Notes under the pieces: generated by a model
Told to the model about the DNA's origin: nothing
The model's database searches: none
What the model saw: the letters and a program-made list of their open reading frames with translations, nothing else
In this document: in pieces, positions 39,750-48,642 of the stretch
Numbering within the stretch: the first letter of the stretch is position 1
How the letters are laid out: the number at the start of each line of letters is the position of its first letter
Position numbers and translations under genes: made by a program
Origin: a virus
Virus record (IMG/VR): IMGVR_UViG_3300032046_003126
Coordinates: 23,182-87,181 of that record
Direction: 5' to 3' (one strand)
DNA: 64,000 nucleotides

Positions 39750-39778
39750 TTTACAACCTTGTGTTGGCGTGTTATACT
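39750..39778 (+). promoter_or_regulatory. Sigma70-like promoter with extended -10
   Basis: TTTACA-17 nt-TATACT with TG one base before the -10; ATG 7 nt downstream. Confidence 0.6.
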
Positions 39779-39784
39779 TTGGAT

Positions 39785-40627
39785 ATGAAAAATCCAGTCA
39801 TTTTAATGAGAGCTTCACTCGCAGAAGAAAAAGAATTACTCATAGCAAAAAAATATTTTGATGTGTATGAAAATCGATGTTCAATACCAGAAAATTCTCT
39901 AGTAATTCCTAGATTTTCATATCTTCCATTTCCAAAAGAATTTGAAGAAGACATGAAATATAAAAATTGTGATGTTATAAACACATACAGACAACATCGT
40001 TATATAGCAGATTTATCTAACTGGTATCAAGACCTTGAAGACATAACTCCAAAAACATGGTTTAGATTTGAAGATGTGCCCAAACACTGTGGGCCTGTTG
40101 TTTTAAAGGGAGAAACAAATAGTAAAAAGTATTTTTGGCATACTCACATGTATGCTGAGAATTGGGATGCTGCAAATAAAGTATTTAGTAATTTAATGAT
40201 GGATAGTTTAATTGGAGCACAGAATATCTACATTAGAGAGTATGTGCCACTAAAAACATTTGATTATGATGTGACCGGCATTCCTATCACAGAAGAATAT
40301 AGATTTTTCATATTAGATGGAAAAGTTGTAACGTCAGGATTTTATTGGTCTTCACATTGTGAATTATTAGAAAATAAGGAACTGAATATAAATCCTGATA
40401 ATGTTCCGAAAGAATTCATTCGGGATATTATCGACAGAGTTGGAAAAAATTCAAGATTTTTCGTTGTTGATGTAGCCAGAGCACAAACTCCTTATAATCC
40501 TTTATATAATCAACATGGTTTAGGAGAATGGATTGTTGTGGAGTTAAACGACGGCATGATGTCAGGAATATCAGAAAATGATCCAAATGTGTTGTATTCA
40601 AACATGAAAGATGTTTTAACAAAATGA
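39785..40627 (+). CDS. ATP-grasp domain protein (R2K/DUF4343-like)
   Basis: ITPKTW, VVLKGETNSKK, IREYV, EEYRFFILDG, VVDVAR, IVVELNDGMMSG. Confidence 0.8.
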   Translation: MKNPVILMRASLAEEKELLIAKKYFDVYENRCSIPENSLVIPRFSYLPFPKEFEEDMKYKNCDVINTYRQHRYIADLSNWYQDLEDITPKTWFRFEDVPKHCGPVVLKGETNSKKYFWHTHMYAENWDAANKVFSNLMMDSLIGAQNIYIREYVPLKTFDYDVTGIPITEEYRFFILDGKVVTSGFYWSSHCELLENKELNINPDNVPKEFIRDIIDRVGKNSRFFVVDVARAQTPYNPLYNQHGLGEWIVVELNDGMMSGISENDPNVLYSNMKDVLTK

Positions 40628-40869
40628 TAGGAAAAACACTAGATAAAGTTAATATAAAAGATATTCAAATTGGAATGAAAATAAAAGAAATAAAAACAAA
40701 TAGAAAAGGTCTTATAACAAATAAAATAAGACCTTGTGATAGTTTTTGTGGAGGATGGGAAATAGGAATTGTGTTTGAATATGAACCCGAGAAACCCAAG
40801 AAGATTAAATCAATAGGTTTTTTCTATGACGAAAAAAATAAATTAAAGAATTTTATTTTAATTAAATAA
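40624..40869 (+). CDS. Hypothetical protein
   Basis: ATGA-coupled 81-aa ORF. Confidence 0.45.
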   Translation: MIGKTLDKVNIKDIQIGMKIKEIKTNRKGLITNKIRPCDSFCGGWEIGIVFEYEPEKPKKIKSIGFFYDEKNKLKNFILIK

Positions 40870-40883
40870 AACAAGGAAATAAC

Positions 40884-41396
40884 ATGAAAATTAAAGCTAT
40901 AATAACAGCTTGTGGATATGTTGAAACTAATAGAATAGCTTCAAATTTATGGTGTCCATATGCTGATTCCGAAGAAATGACTGTAAATGACGCTATAACA
41001 AAATTAGCTTTTGATTTCTTAAGAACATATCAAGAATCAGCCACATTTGATTATTTCTCAGAAGATGATTTTAAACAATATATTATTAATTCTTGTTATG
41101 GTGAAATAAACGATTGTTTTTGGATTGATGATGAGCACACTACTTTTACTCCATATAATAGTTTTACTGAATTGTTTTTTATAGAAAAATTTGAGACAAT
41201 TTTTATTGATTCGGATTTTGAGAAAATAATTCTTTCATTTATTAACGAAGAGATGTTAAAGGCTGTTTTTGGCACAGATATAAAATATGATTTAAATGAA
41301 TTTAACTACACAAATTCTAAATGTATAATTTACAATCAAGATGATGAGTATTTTAAAATAGAATTTGATTATAAGAAATTGTATGAAAAAAAATGA
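40884..41396 (+). CDS. Hypothetical acidic protein
   Basis: AAGGA SD; 170-aa ORF. Confidence 0.5.
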   Translation: MKIKAIITACGYVETNRIASNLWCPYADSEEMTVNDAITKLAFDFLRTYQESATFDYFSEDDFKQYIINSCYGEINDCFWIDDEHTTFTPYNSFTELFFIEKFETIFIDSDFEKIILSFINEEMLKAVFGTDIKYDLNEFNYTNSKCIIYNQDDEYFKIEFDYKKLYEKK

Positions 41397-42151
41397 AAGT
41401 ATTTGCACAAAAAAACAAAGATGGCGAATGGGCTAGTGTGCCTGTTTCTAATTCTGTTAGAGGTTTTGATTTCAAGGGATATGAAATAATTCCATATCTA
41501 TACGAAAACATTGACTCTATTGGTATAGAAAAAGAAGATATTATAGTCGGAGGAATTCCATGTGTGAGAGCAATATTAAATAAATTTGATTTTCAGGTTC
41601 CAAATTTATCAATTCCTCATGATGGCCTACTTCAGTTTTGTGAAAGAAAGTTTAACTTAATAACAATTAGAGAATTAAACAATATAGTAAATAAAGAAAA
41701 ATTTGATAAGTTTTTTATCAAGCCATATAAAGAGCATAAACTTTTCACTGGACATATTGTTAGCTCGTTTAAAGATTTATTCAAATCAATGCATGTACCC
41801 GAAGACACTGAAATAGTATCATCAGACTATGTTGAATTTATAAGCGAATATAGAATATTTGTAACAAATGGAGAAATAAGAGGAATGAGTCATTATGGTG
41901 GCGATTTTCTTGTGTTTCCAAACAAATTTGTTATAAAAATGTTAGTTAAAAAAGCATATGAAATATATGGTTTAAATGGATTTTCTGTAGACATAGGGAT
42001 TACACGAGATAATAAAACTTTATTGGTTGAGTTGAATGATGGTTTTTCTCTGGGTTGTTATGGTCTAAACTATCTTGAGTATACCAATTTAATAGAAGCA
42101 AGATGGAAACAATTAAATGAAACAAGTATTAATAATAAGAAAAGATCTTAA
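41393..42151 (+). CDS. ATP-grasp domain protein (R2K/DUF4343-like)
   Basis: FFIKPYKEHKLFTG, SEYRIFV, SVDIG, LVELNDGFSLGCYG. Confidence 0.82.
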   Translation: MKVFAQKNKDGEWASVPVSNSVRGFDFKGYEIIPYLYENIDSIGIEKEDIIVGGIPCVRAILNKFDFQVPNLSIPHDGLLQFCERKFNLITIRELNNIVNKEKFDKFFIKPYKEHKLFTGHIVSSFKDLFKSMHVPEDTEIVSSDYVEFISEYRIFVTNGEIRGMSHYGGDFLVFPNKFVIKMLVKKAYEIYGLNGFSVDIGITRDNKTLLVELNDGFSLGCYGLNYLEYTNLIEARWKQLNETSINNKKRS

Positions 42152-42458
42152 TATGAGAAAAGGAAAAATGTGCGCGATGGCTAGCCACGCTGCCATTGAT
42201 GCATATTTGAATTCATCTAAAGAAGATATCGAAGCCTGGAATCTAGATGGGCATAAAAAGATTTGTGTGTCATGTGATTCAGAACAAGAACTTATTGATT
42301 TGTATCAAAAGGCCAAAGATGAAAATTTACCTTGTTCTATTGTTGTTGATATGGGACTTACTGAATTTCATGGTATTCCAACAAAAACAGCGGTAGCAAT
42401 AGGACCAGCAATACATGAGTCAATTGATAAAATTACAGGACATTTAAAGTTATTATGA
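42117..42458 (+). CDS. pth2: Peptidyl-tRNA hydrolase type 2
   Basis: MKQVLIIRKDLNMRKGKMCAMASHAA...KKICV...DMGLTEF.G.PTKTAVAIGP...IDKITGHLKLL. Confidence 0.92.
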   Translation: MKQVLIIRKDLNMRKGKMCAMASHAAIDAYLNSSKEDIEAWNLDGHKKICVSCDSEQELIDLYQKAKDENLPCSIVVDMGLTEFHGIPTKTAVAIGPAIHESIDKITGHLKLL

Positions 42459-43282
42459 ATAAAAATAAATATATAGTTTTCGACACCGAAACAACTGGTT
42501 TAAATGTAGAAACCGATAGAATTGTAGAATTTGCTAGCATAACAAAATCATTAGTTGATAACGAGTTTCATGAAGAAATTAATCATTTCTTAGACCCTGA
42601 GATGGTAATTTCTGAGGGTGCTACAAAAAAACATAATATAAAAAATGAAGATGTTGCTGGCAAACAAAAGTTTAGAGATATATCAAAACAATTAGTTGAT
42701 GTTTTTAACAGTCATATTAAAGATAATGATTGTTATTATTTGGGTTATAATGTTTTACAATATGATATTCCTTTATTAGAAAGCGAATTCTCAAGAAATG
42801 GTTTTGACGGTTTTAAGATAGATGAGGCAAGAACAATAGATTTGTTGATTTTTGTTCAGTATTATTTTAGAAATTTCGAATCAAATAGATTGGATGATGT
42901 CTACAAGTCATTATTTGAAAAAGAACCCGAAAATGCACATCAAGCACTTGATGATACAAAAACAACATGGCAAATATTTTCCGCTTTAATTGACACAGAA
43001 CTATTGCCTCGTAATGTTAATAAACTATTAAAACAACAAGAACTTTTTAAAGAGTTTCTTAGCCGTGAAAGAAAAACTTATGGATATTGGCTTTATTGTG
43101 ACAGACAAGATAAAAATATTCTAAGAATAGGTGCCGGTAAACATCGAGGCGCACTTTTAAGCGAAGTACCAACTTCATATTTAAAATATATTTACGAAGA
43201 TCCAAAATTTAATTTAACCTCGAAAACAAAAAAAGAATTTGAAAATATTATATTCAAAACCAAGAATTTGGTTGACAATTAA
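42455..43282 (+). CDS. DEDDh 3'-5' exonuclease (DnaQ-like) with C-terminal GKHRG domain
   Basis: VFDTETTG, YNVLQYD, AHQALDD; GAGKHRGALLSEVPTSYLKYI. Confidence 0.88.
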   Translation: MNKNKYIVFDTETTGLNVETDRIVEFASITKSLVDNEFHEEINHFLDPEMVISEGATKKHNIKNEDVAGKQKFRDISKQLVDVFNSHIKDNDCYYLGYNVLQYDIPLLESEFSRNGFDGFKIDEARTIDLLIFVQYYFRNFESNRLDDVYKSLFEKEPENAHQALDDTKTTWQIFSALIDTELLPRNVNKLLKQQELFKEFLSRERKTYGYWLYCDRQDKNILRIGAGKHRGALLSEVPTSYLKYIYEDPKFNLTSKTKKEFENIIFKTKNLVDN

Positions 43283-43300
43283 ATTATTATAACGTATAGT
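43272..43300 (+). promoter_or_regulatory. Near-consensus sigma70 promoter driving the tRNA locus
   Basis: TTGACA-17 nt-TATAGT. Confidence 0.75.
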
Positions 43301-43310
43301 TAATATACTC

Positions 43311-43355
43311 GCGGTTATAACTCAATTGTTACGGGTTAGAGCCCCGTTAACCGCT
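43311..43355 (+). ncRNA. tRNA(Gly)-like minihelix / internally deleted tRNA
   Basis: GCGGTTA/TAACCGC acceptor stem, TAACTCAATTG D-arm start, ACGGG-TTAGAGC-CCCGT T-arm, T discriminator; no anticodon arm. Confidence 0.65.
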
Positions 43356-43359
43356 TATT

Positions 43360-43435
43360 GCTAACATAGCTCAATTGGCAGAGCAAAACTCTTGTAAGGT
43401 TTAGGTTTTCGGTTCGATTCCGAATGTTAGCTCCA
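43360..43435 (+). tRNA. tRNA-Thr(UGU)
   Basis: GCTAACA/TGTTAGC acceptor, anticodon loop CT-TGT-AA, TTCGATT T-loop, encoded CCA. Confidence 0.92.
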
Positions 43436-43439
43436 TTTT

Positions 43440-43754
43440 ATGACAAAAATTGTTAATTTATACAAGGAAAAATATGATGTATATATTGGTCGCCCTGGAA
43501 AGGGAAGAAGCGGCTACTATGGAAATCCTATAAATAAATCCGAACAGTGTTGTGTGTGTAATAATATTCATAATGAAAGCGGTTCCACTTTAGAATGTTA
43601 TAAGACATATTTTCATTTTAGATTAGAAAATGATGAAGAATTCAAAAAAAATATTTTATCTTTAAAAGGAAAAGTATTAGGTTGTTTTTGTAAGCCCAAA
43701 CCATGCCACGGAGATATAATTGTTGAATTTTTAGAAGGAAAAGTAATACAGTGA
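43440..43754 (+). CDS. DUF4326-like protein
   Basis: YDVYIGRP...GNP...LKGKVLGCFCKPKPCHGDII. Confidence 0.85.
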   Translation: MTKIVNLYKEKYDVYIGRPGKGRSGYYGNPINKSEQCCVCNNIHNESGSTLECYKTYFHFRLENDEEFKKNILSLKGKVLGCFCKPKPCHGDIIVEFLEGKVIQ

Positions 43755-43887
43755 AACGTATTTTTATTAAAAATGGCCACAGCAGATGCTTATGGAATGG
43801 AGGTTTGGGTTATTTCTACAATTTATTATGATTTTAAATTTAGGTTCACAAAATATACAAAACTCTATTTATAATAGAGTATATACT

Positions 43888-44556
43888 ATGCGAGCAGAAA
43901 AGATAAGTAAATTACCTGTTATACATTTCTCAGCCGACACACAAAAAGAATTGACGACTGCGTTTGTTAGAGTATCAGAATTTTATGAATCCCCCTATGG
44001 AGAGATTCATGGAAAATATTTTGATTTAAAAGAATATAAAAAACTTTATGCTAAAGATCATGAAGGTAGATTTACCTATTATAGTGATTGGACTGGATTT
44101 AATATACCATCTAGCTCTTTTAAAAAATTCTGTGAGTTATTTTCTGATTCATTTACGAAAAAAGAACAATATGTTTTTAATGAAGTTGAAAAAATAATAG
44201 GAGATGTTTTTACTCGTAAAAAATATTATTTAATAGGAACTTATAAAGGTCCAAGTCAAAGGTCAACTTTTGAGCATGAAATCGCACATTCTCTATATTC
44301 TTTAAAAAGAAATTATAAAAAAGTTTGTGACGAAACCTATAAAAAAATACCAGAAAAAACTATTGAAAAAATAGTATTGGCCCTAAAAGGATTAGGTTAC
44401 GATGAAGAATCATTGCGTGATGAAATTCAAGCTTATTCTTCTACTGATAGTTTGGCCATTTTCAAAGATAGATTTTCATTAGATTTCAATGAAATTCCAA
44501 TTGAAGCAATTTATGATTACCAAAACAATTTTTATAAATTTCATAAGTTAGAATAG
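43888..44556 (+). CDS. Hypothetical protein with HExxH zincin motif
   Basis: RVSEFYES, WTGFNIP, FEHEIAHSLY, DEIQAY; start probably MRAEK at 43888. Confidence 0.55.
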   Translation: MRAEKISKLPVIHFSADTQKELTTAFVRVSEFYESPYGEIHGKYFDLKEYKKLYAKDHEGRFTYYSDWTGFNIPSSSFKKFCELFSDSFTKKEQYVFNEVEKIIGDVFTRKKYYLIGTYKGPSQRSTFEHEIAHSLYSLKRNYKKVCDETYKKIPEKTIEKIVLALKGLGYDEESLRDEIQAYSSTDSLAIFKDRFSLDFNEIPIEAIYDYQNNFYKFHKLE

Positions 44557-44604
44557 TAATTCTTTTCTGTTTATCCTCATATTTAGTAAAATATGAGGTG
44601 ATAC

Positions 44605-45270
44605 ATGAATGCTACAGGATTAATCATTGATGGAAAAGTTGTTGCTTGTTCAAAGCCAGTATATAACTGGAATGACCATGGGATGAAATTTAATGTTCCA
44701 AAAGGTGCTAGACCTAGAACAAAAAAAATAAACTTAATTGCTTTACATTGGACTGCTGGTACTGGTGATGGCAAAGCGGTCTATAATGTTTTAACACAGA
44801 GAAAATTAGGTATAGATTTTCATATACATAGTGATGGTACAATATATCAATTTAGTGATCCAACAGTAAATGTTACTTTTGGACAAGGTGCCATAAATGA
44901 TTTTTCTGTAGGTATTGAATGTACAAATTTTGGATTTTTGAGTGATGGTCAAAAAAACCCTGATACAAAAAGAAAAATTGTCGAACAAATAATAAAAAGA
45001 AGAAAAATAAAAGTAGCTTCGTTTTATCCAGAACAATTAAGTTCTATATTAGCCGTATGTGATTCTTTGTGCGTTGCCTTACAAATACCCAAAACAGTCC
45101 CAGGCGATAATGGAATGTTTTATTCAAATCAACTAACAGATAAACAAATTTTGGAACATAAAGGAGTTTGCGGACATTTAAATGTACCAAAAACTACAAA
45201 AGTCGATCCTGGCAATGAACCATTTGAATTTCTAATTAAAAATGGCTTTGGACTACAACAGATTAAATAA
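44605..45270 (+). CDS. N-acetylmuramoyl-L-alanine amidase (Amidase_2), probable endolysin
   Basis: IALHWTAG, FHIHSDGTIYQ, NDFSVGIE, VCGH, KVDPG. Confidence 0.85.
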   Translation: MNATGLIIDGKVVACSKPVYNWNDHGMKFNVPKGARPRTKKINLIALHWTAGTGDGKAVYNVLTQRKLGIDFHIHSDGTIYQFSDPTVNVTFGQGAINDFSVGIECTNFGFLSDGQKNPDTKRKIVEQIIKRRKIKVASFYPEQLSSILAVCDSLCVALQIPKTVPGDNGMFYSNQLTDKQILEHKGVCGHLNVPKTTKVDPGNEPFEFLIKNGFGLQQIK

Positions 45271-45465
45271 AAATCTCATTTTATAGGTAATGTTCGTGGT
45301 TGACTAGGTTGTGGTTCCTGATACACTCTGGATATGTCTCGAACACATCACTAGATTGTGTCAGAAATTAAATTTTAGCATCTTTGTATTTTGTCTTAGT
45401 TTGCGTTTCTTCCTTATGTGCCGTTGTTGTTGTTGTTTGCCAAACTAAGATAAAATACATTTTTT

Positions 45466-45541
45466 TCGGGAGTAGATTAATTGGTAGATCATCTGACTTT
45501 GAATCAGATCGTTGTAGGTTCGAGCCCTACCTCCCGATCCA
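45466..45541 (+). tRNA. tRNA-Gln(UUG)
   Basis: TCGGGAG/CTCCCGA acceptor, TCTGA-CTTTGAA-TCAGA anticodon arm, GTAGG-TTCGAGC-CCTAC T-arm, CCA. Confidence 0.92.
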
Positions 45542-45558
45542 ATTTTTAAGCAAAAAAT

Positions 45559-46389
45559 ATGAAACAATACCATCATTTATTAAAAAACATATTAGAGAAT
45601 GGAATAAAAACGCCAGATAGAACTGGCACTGGGATTTTGTTTTGTGACAATGCTCCAGTGATGGAATTTGATTTACAAGATGGATTTCCTTTAGTTACAA
45701 CAAAAAAAATGTTTACAACAGGAATAATAGACGAACTTCTATGGTTTATTAAAGGTTCAACAAATGCTTTAGAATTACCAGAACGTACACAAAAATGGTG
45801 GACGCCTTGGATGAAACCAGACGGAGAACTTGGTCCTATCTATGGTAAACAACTAAGAAATCAAGAGAAGATATTTAAAGACGGAACAGTTAAAATTGTT
45901 GATCAACTTCAAAATATAATTGATTCAATAAAGAACGATCCATGGTCGCGAAGGCATATAATATCTTTGTGGAGTTCTCTTGACTTAGAAGAACAACAAT
46001 TGCCTTGTTGTCATGGTAGTATAATTCAGTTTTTTGTTAAGCCGGACGAAAACGGTAATCCAAAATTTTTATCTTGTAAAATGTATCAACGATCAGGTGA
46101 TGTGTTTATAGGAGTACCTGTTAATATCGCTTCTTATTCTATGTTTCTAATGATGATTGCCCAAGTAACAAATTTAATACCCGAAAAGTATATTCACGTT
46201 CTTGGCAATGCTCACATATATTCAAATCATATCGAACAAGTAAAAATACAATTATTAAGAGAACAGATGCCACTACCAAAAATGATTTTAAATTCAAATA
46301 TTAAAAATATAAATGAATTTACTTTTGAAGATTTTAAATTGGAAAATTACAATTCACACCCTGTTATAAAAGGAGATTTGGCTATATGA
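45559..46389 (+). CDS. thyA: Thymidylate synthase
   Basis: DRTGTG, FPLVTTKK, ELLWF, GPIYG, SRR, LPCCH, YQRSGD, VPVNIASY, HIYSNH. Confidence 0.95.
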   Translation: MKQYHHLLKNILENGIKTPDRTGTGILFCDNAPVMEFDLQDGFPLVTTKKMFTTGIIDELLWFIKGSTNALELPERTQKWWTPWMKPDGELGPIYGKQLRNQEKIFKDGTVKIVDQLQNIIDSIKNDPWSRRHIISLWSSLDLEEQQLPCCHGSIIQFFVKPDENGNPKFLSCKMYQRSGDVFIGVPVNIASYSMFLMMIAQVTNLIPEKYIHVLGNAHIYSNHIEQVKIQLLREQMPLPKMILNSNIKNINEFTFEDFKLENYNSHPVIKGDLAI

Positions 46390-46694
46390 ATAATGACAAC
46401 AAAGAAGAAGATGTGAGTGAATTTTTCACATGCGAATGTCATTCTTTAGAACACAGTTTTGTTTTTTCTGATATGTGTGACTATCATGGTTCTTATGACG
46501 AATCAGGGCCATATATTCATATCTTTTTAAAAGAAGCTGTTTGGTACAAAAGAATTTTTCCTGCCATTAAATATATTTTTGGTTTTAAGACAAAATATGG
46601 ACACTATGATGAAATCATATTAAAACCAAAAGATATCATTAGATTGAAAAACTTACTAGAAACATCTGCAAAAAATAGAAAAATAAATGAATAA
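46386..46694 (+). CDS. Hypothetical protein
   Basis: CECHSLEH...WYKRIFPAIKYIFG; coupled between thyA and folA. Confidence 0.55.
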   Translation: MNNDNKEEDVSEFFTCECHSLEHSFVFSDMCDYHGSYDESGPYIHIFLKEAVWYKRIFPAIKYIFGFKTKYGHYDEIILKPKDIIRLKNLLETSAKNRKINE

Positions 46695-47193
46695 AAATCT
46701 CAATTATATAGTTGCCATGTCTAACAATGGAGTTATTGGCCATGACAACAAACTATTGTGGAATTATTCCGAGGATATGAAGTTTTTTAAAGCAACGACT
46801 AGCGGTCATGCAATAATAATGGGAAGAAAAACTTATGAATCTATTGGTAGATCATTGCCCAATAGAACAAATATTATCTTGACACGAGAATCAGGCTTTA
46901 AGGCAAGTGGATGTGTTGTGGTTGCATCAACCCAAGGAGCTTTGGAAGAAGCCTATAAGGTAGACCAAGAGCCGTTTATAATAGGTGGTGGAGTAGTGTA
47001 CGAGATGTACAAACACCTAGCAACTAAAATATTTGTTACACTTGTTGACAAGCCATATCAGGGCGATATTAAATTCCCTAAATCTTGGCTAGATAGTGAC
47101 TGGACCTGTATAAAAGGAACACAATCTTTAAATAGCGAAACACCAGAACTATGGTTCCTTGAATATATTAAAAATACGGAGAATAAAAAATGA
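46687..47193 (+). CDS. folA: Dihydrofolate reductase
   Basis: IVAMSNNGVIG...LLW...EDMKFFK...IMGRKTYESIGRSLPNRTNIILT...IIGGG. Confidence 0.95.
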   Translation: MNKNLNYIVAMSNNGVIGHDNKLLWNYSEDMKFFKATTSGHAIIMGRKTYESIGRSLPNRTNIILTRESGFKASGCVVVASTQGALEEAYKVDQEPFIIGGGVVYEMYKHLATKIFVTLVDKPYQGDIKFPKSWLDSDWTCIKGTQSLNSETPELWFLEYIKNTENKK

Positions 47194-47378
47194 ATCCAAT
47201 TATGAATTGTAAAAACTGTCAAAAATACGTAGGTAAAATAAACGAAGAACATTTCTTATATTGTTGTGTTGAATGCAAAGTACAACATACGGCTGATATA
47301 AAAGCAAGATTATTTGCATCCAGAGAAACACACGAATTATATAATTACAGCAGAAGAAAACAAGATAAAGATACTTGA
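47190..47378 (+). CDS. Small zinc-finger protein
   Basis: CKNC...YCCVEC; ATGA-coupled. Confidence 0.45.
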   Translation: MNPIMNCKNCQKYVGKINEEHFLYCCVECKVQHTADIKARLFASRETHELYNYSRRKQDKDT

Positions 47379-47405
47379 AAAGGTATTGATAACTCCAAAG
47401 AAAAA

Positions 47406-47741
47406 TTATAATTCTGTTGTATTTAGGTGACTTATTTTTCTTATCTCTTCATCTAAAATAGAATAAAGAACAATATAATTCTTACTATTTTTTGTTTTCT
47501 GACAGGCAATTTCGTAAATTACTATTGGTCCTTCAATCCTAATACGTTCAATAATTCCATCAATGTAACCACGAAGAATATCTTCTTCCAAGAGACGACA
47601 AAAAGTATATTGAACTTCTGATTGTATTCCAAATTCTCTAGGAGTCTTAAGATAAAATCTAACATTGTCTCCAGGTAAAATTTCTTTTATTGGGGTTGGT
47701 TTTTTTTTAAATTTAAATAATGTTTTTAATTTTTGAAACAT
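47406..47741 (-). CDS. Hypothetical protein
   Basis: 111-aa ORF filling the gap, divergent from 47780. Confidence 0.5.
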   Translation of the reverse strand: MFQKLKTLFKFKKKPTPIKEILPGDNVRFYLKTPREFGIQSEVQYTFCRLLEEDILRGYIDGIIERIRIEGPIVIYEIACQKTKNSKNYIVLYSILDEEIRKISHLNTTEL

Positions 47742-47779
47742 TGGATTGATTAATTATAGTATAAGATAAAGAGGAAAAT

Positions 47780-48619
47780 ATGACTGACTATTCGAAATTA
47801 AATGAAATTGGTGTGTGGCTCGATGATGCTTTTTCAAAAGTAAATTCTGATTATATTGCTTTGTTAAAAAAGGCAAACATTAACAGTGTTTCTATTATGG
47901 CAAATAAAAGTAATACAAAACCAGAAGATAAATTGTGGGAACTTAGATATAAAAAAGAAGATTTTCAAAAATTATCAAAAACGTTAAATGATGCTGGTAT
48001 TAAAGTTGGTTTAACTTGTTGGCCACAGCCTTCTAAAACACAAATAGATTTAATGATGAAAGATATGGCTGTATTATTAGATATAACAGGAGCTAGTAAT
48101 TTTATGGTTGATACTGAAAGCAACTGGCATCCAAACTTTTTGAAAAAAGAAGAGTTAAAAACAATGCAAGATGCTTCAAAATATTTAGTTGATAACATGA
48201 AAGATGCAGGAGTTAAACATAAAGTTAAAATAGAACTGACTACTTTTCCATATCATAAAGAAAATAGCAAAGATGCTTTGGTAGCACCACACATGGATGC
48301 ATTATTTCCACAAGCATATAGTGTGGCCAACAGAGACAACGGGGTTATTCCATGGGATGACCGTTTAGGGCCTGGTAAAATGCAAGAACTCTCGTTAAAA
48401 AGAACAAAACAAATTAAAGATTTTAAAGGAGAATTTGCAATTGGCTTAGCTGCATATGACCAAGTTTTTGATGGTCATACTGGTCAAGAAGCCATGAAAA
48501 AATCTCTAGACAAGTCAATAGAACTCGGTGTGACTAAAGTTTTTTATTGGAGTTCAAAATGGGTAGTCGGTTCAGTAAAGACAAAATATGGTATAGATTT
48601 CTTAAGTAAATTAAAATAA
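47780..48619 (+). CDS. Putative TIM-barrel glycoside hydrolase-like protein
   Basis: GVW..., FMVDTE, FPQAYS, GLAAY, VFYWS pattern; GAGG SD. Confidence 0.45.
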   Translation: MTDYSKLNEIGVWLDDAFSKVNSDYIALLKKANINSVSIMANKSNTKPEDKLWELRYKKEDFQKLSKTLNDAGIKVGLTCWPQPSKTQIDLMMKDMAVLLDITGASNFMVDTESNWHPNFLKKEELKTMQDASKYLVDNMKDAGVKHKVKIELTTFPYHKENSKDALVAPHMDALFPQAYSVANRDNGVIPWDDRLGPGKMQELSLKRTKQIKDFKGEFAIGLAAYDQVFDGHTGQEAMKKSLDKSIELGVTKVFYWSSKWVVGSVKTKYGIDFLSKLK

Positions 48620-48642
48620 ACTTATAATACCTATTTAAGTTT

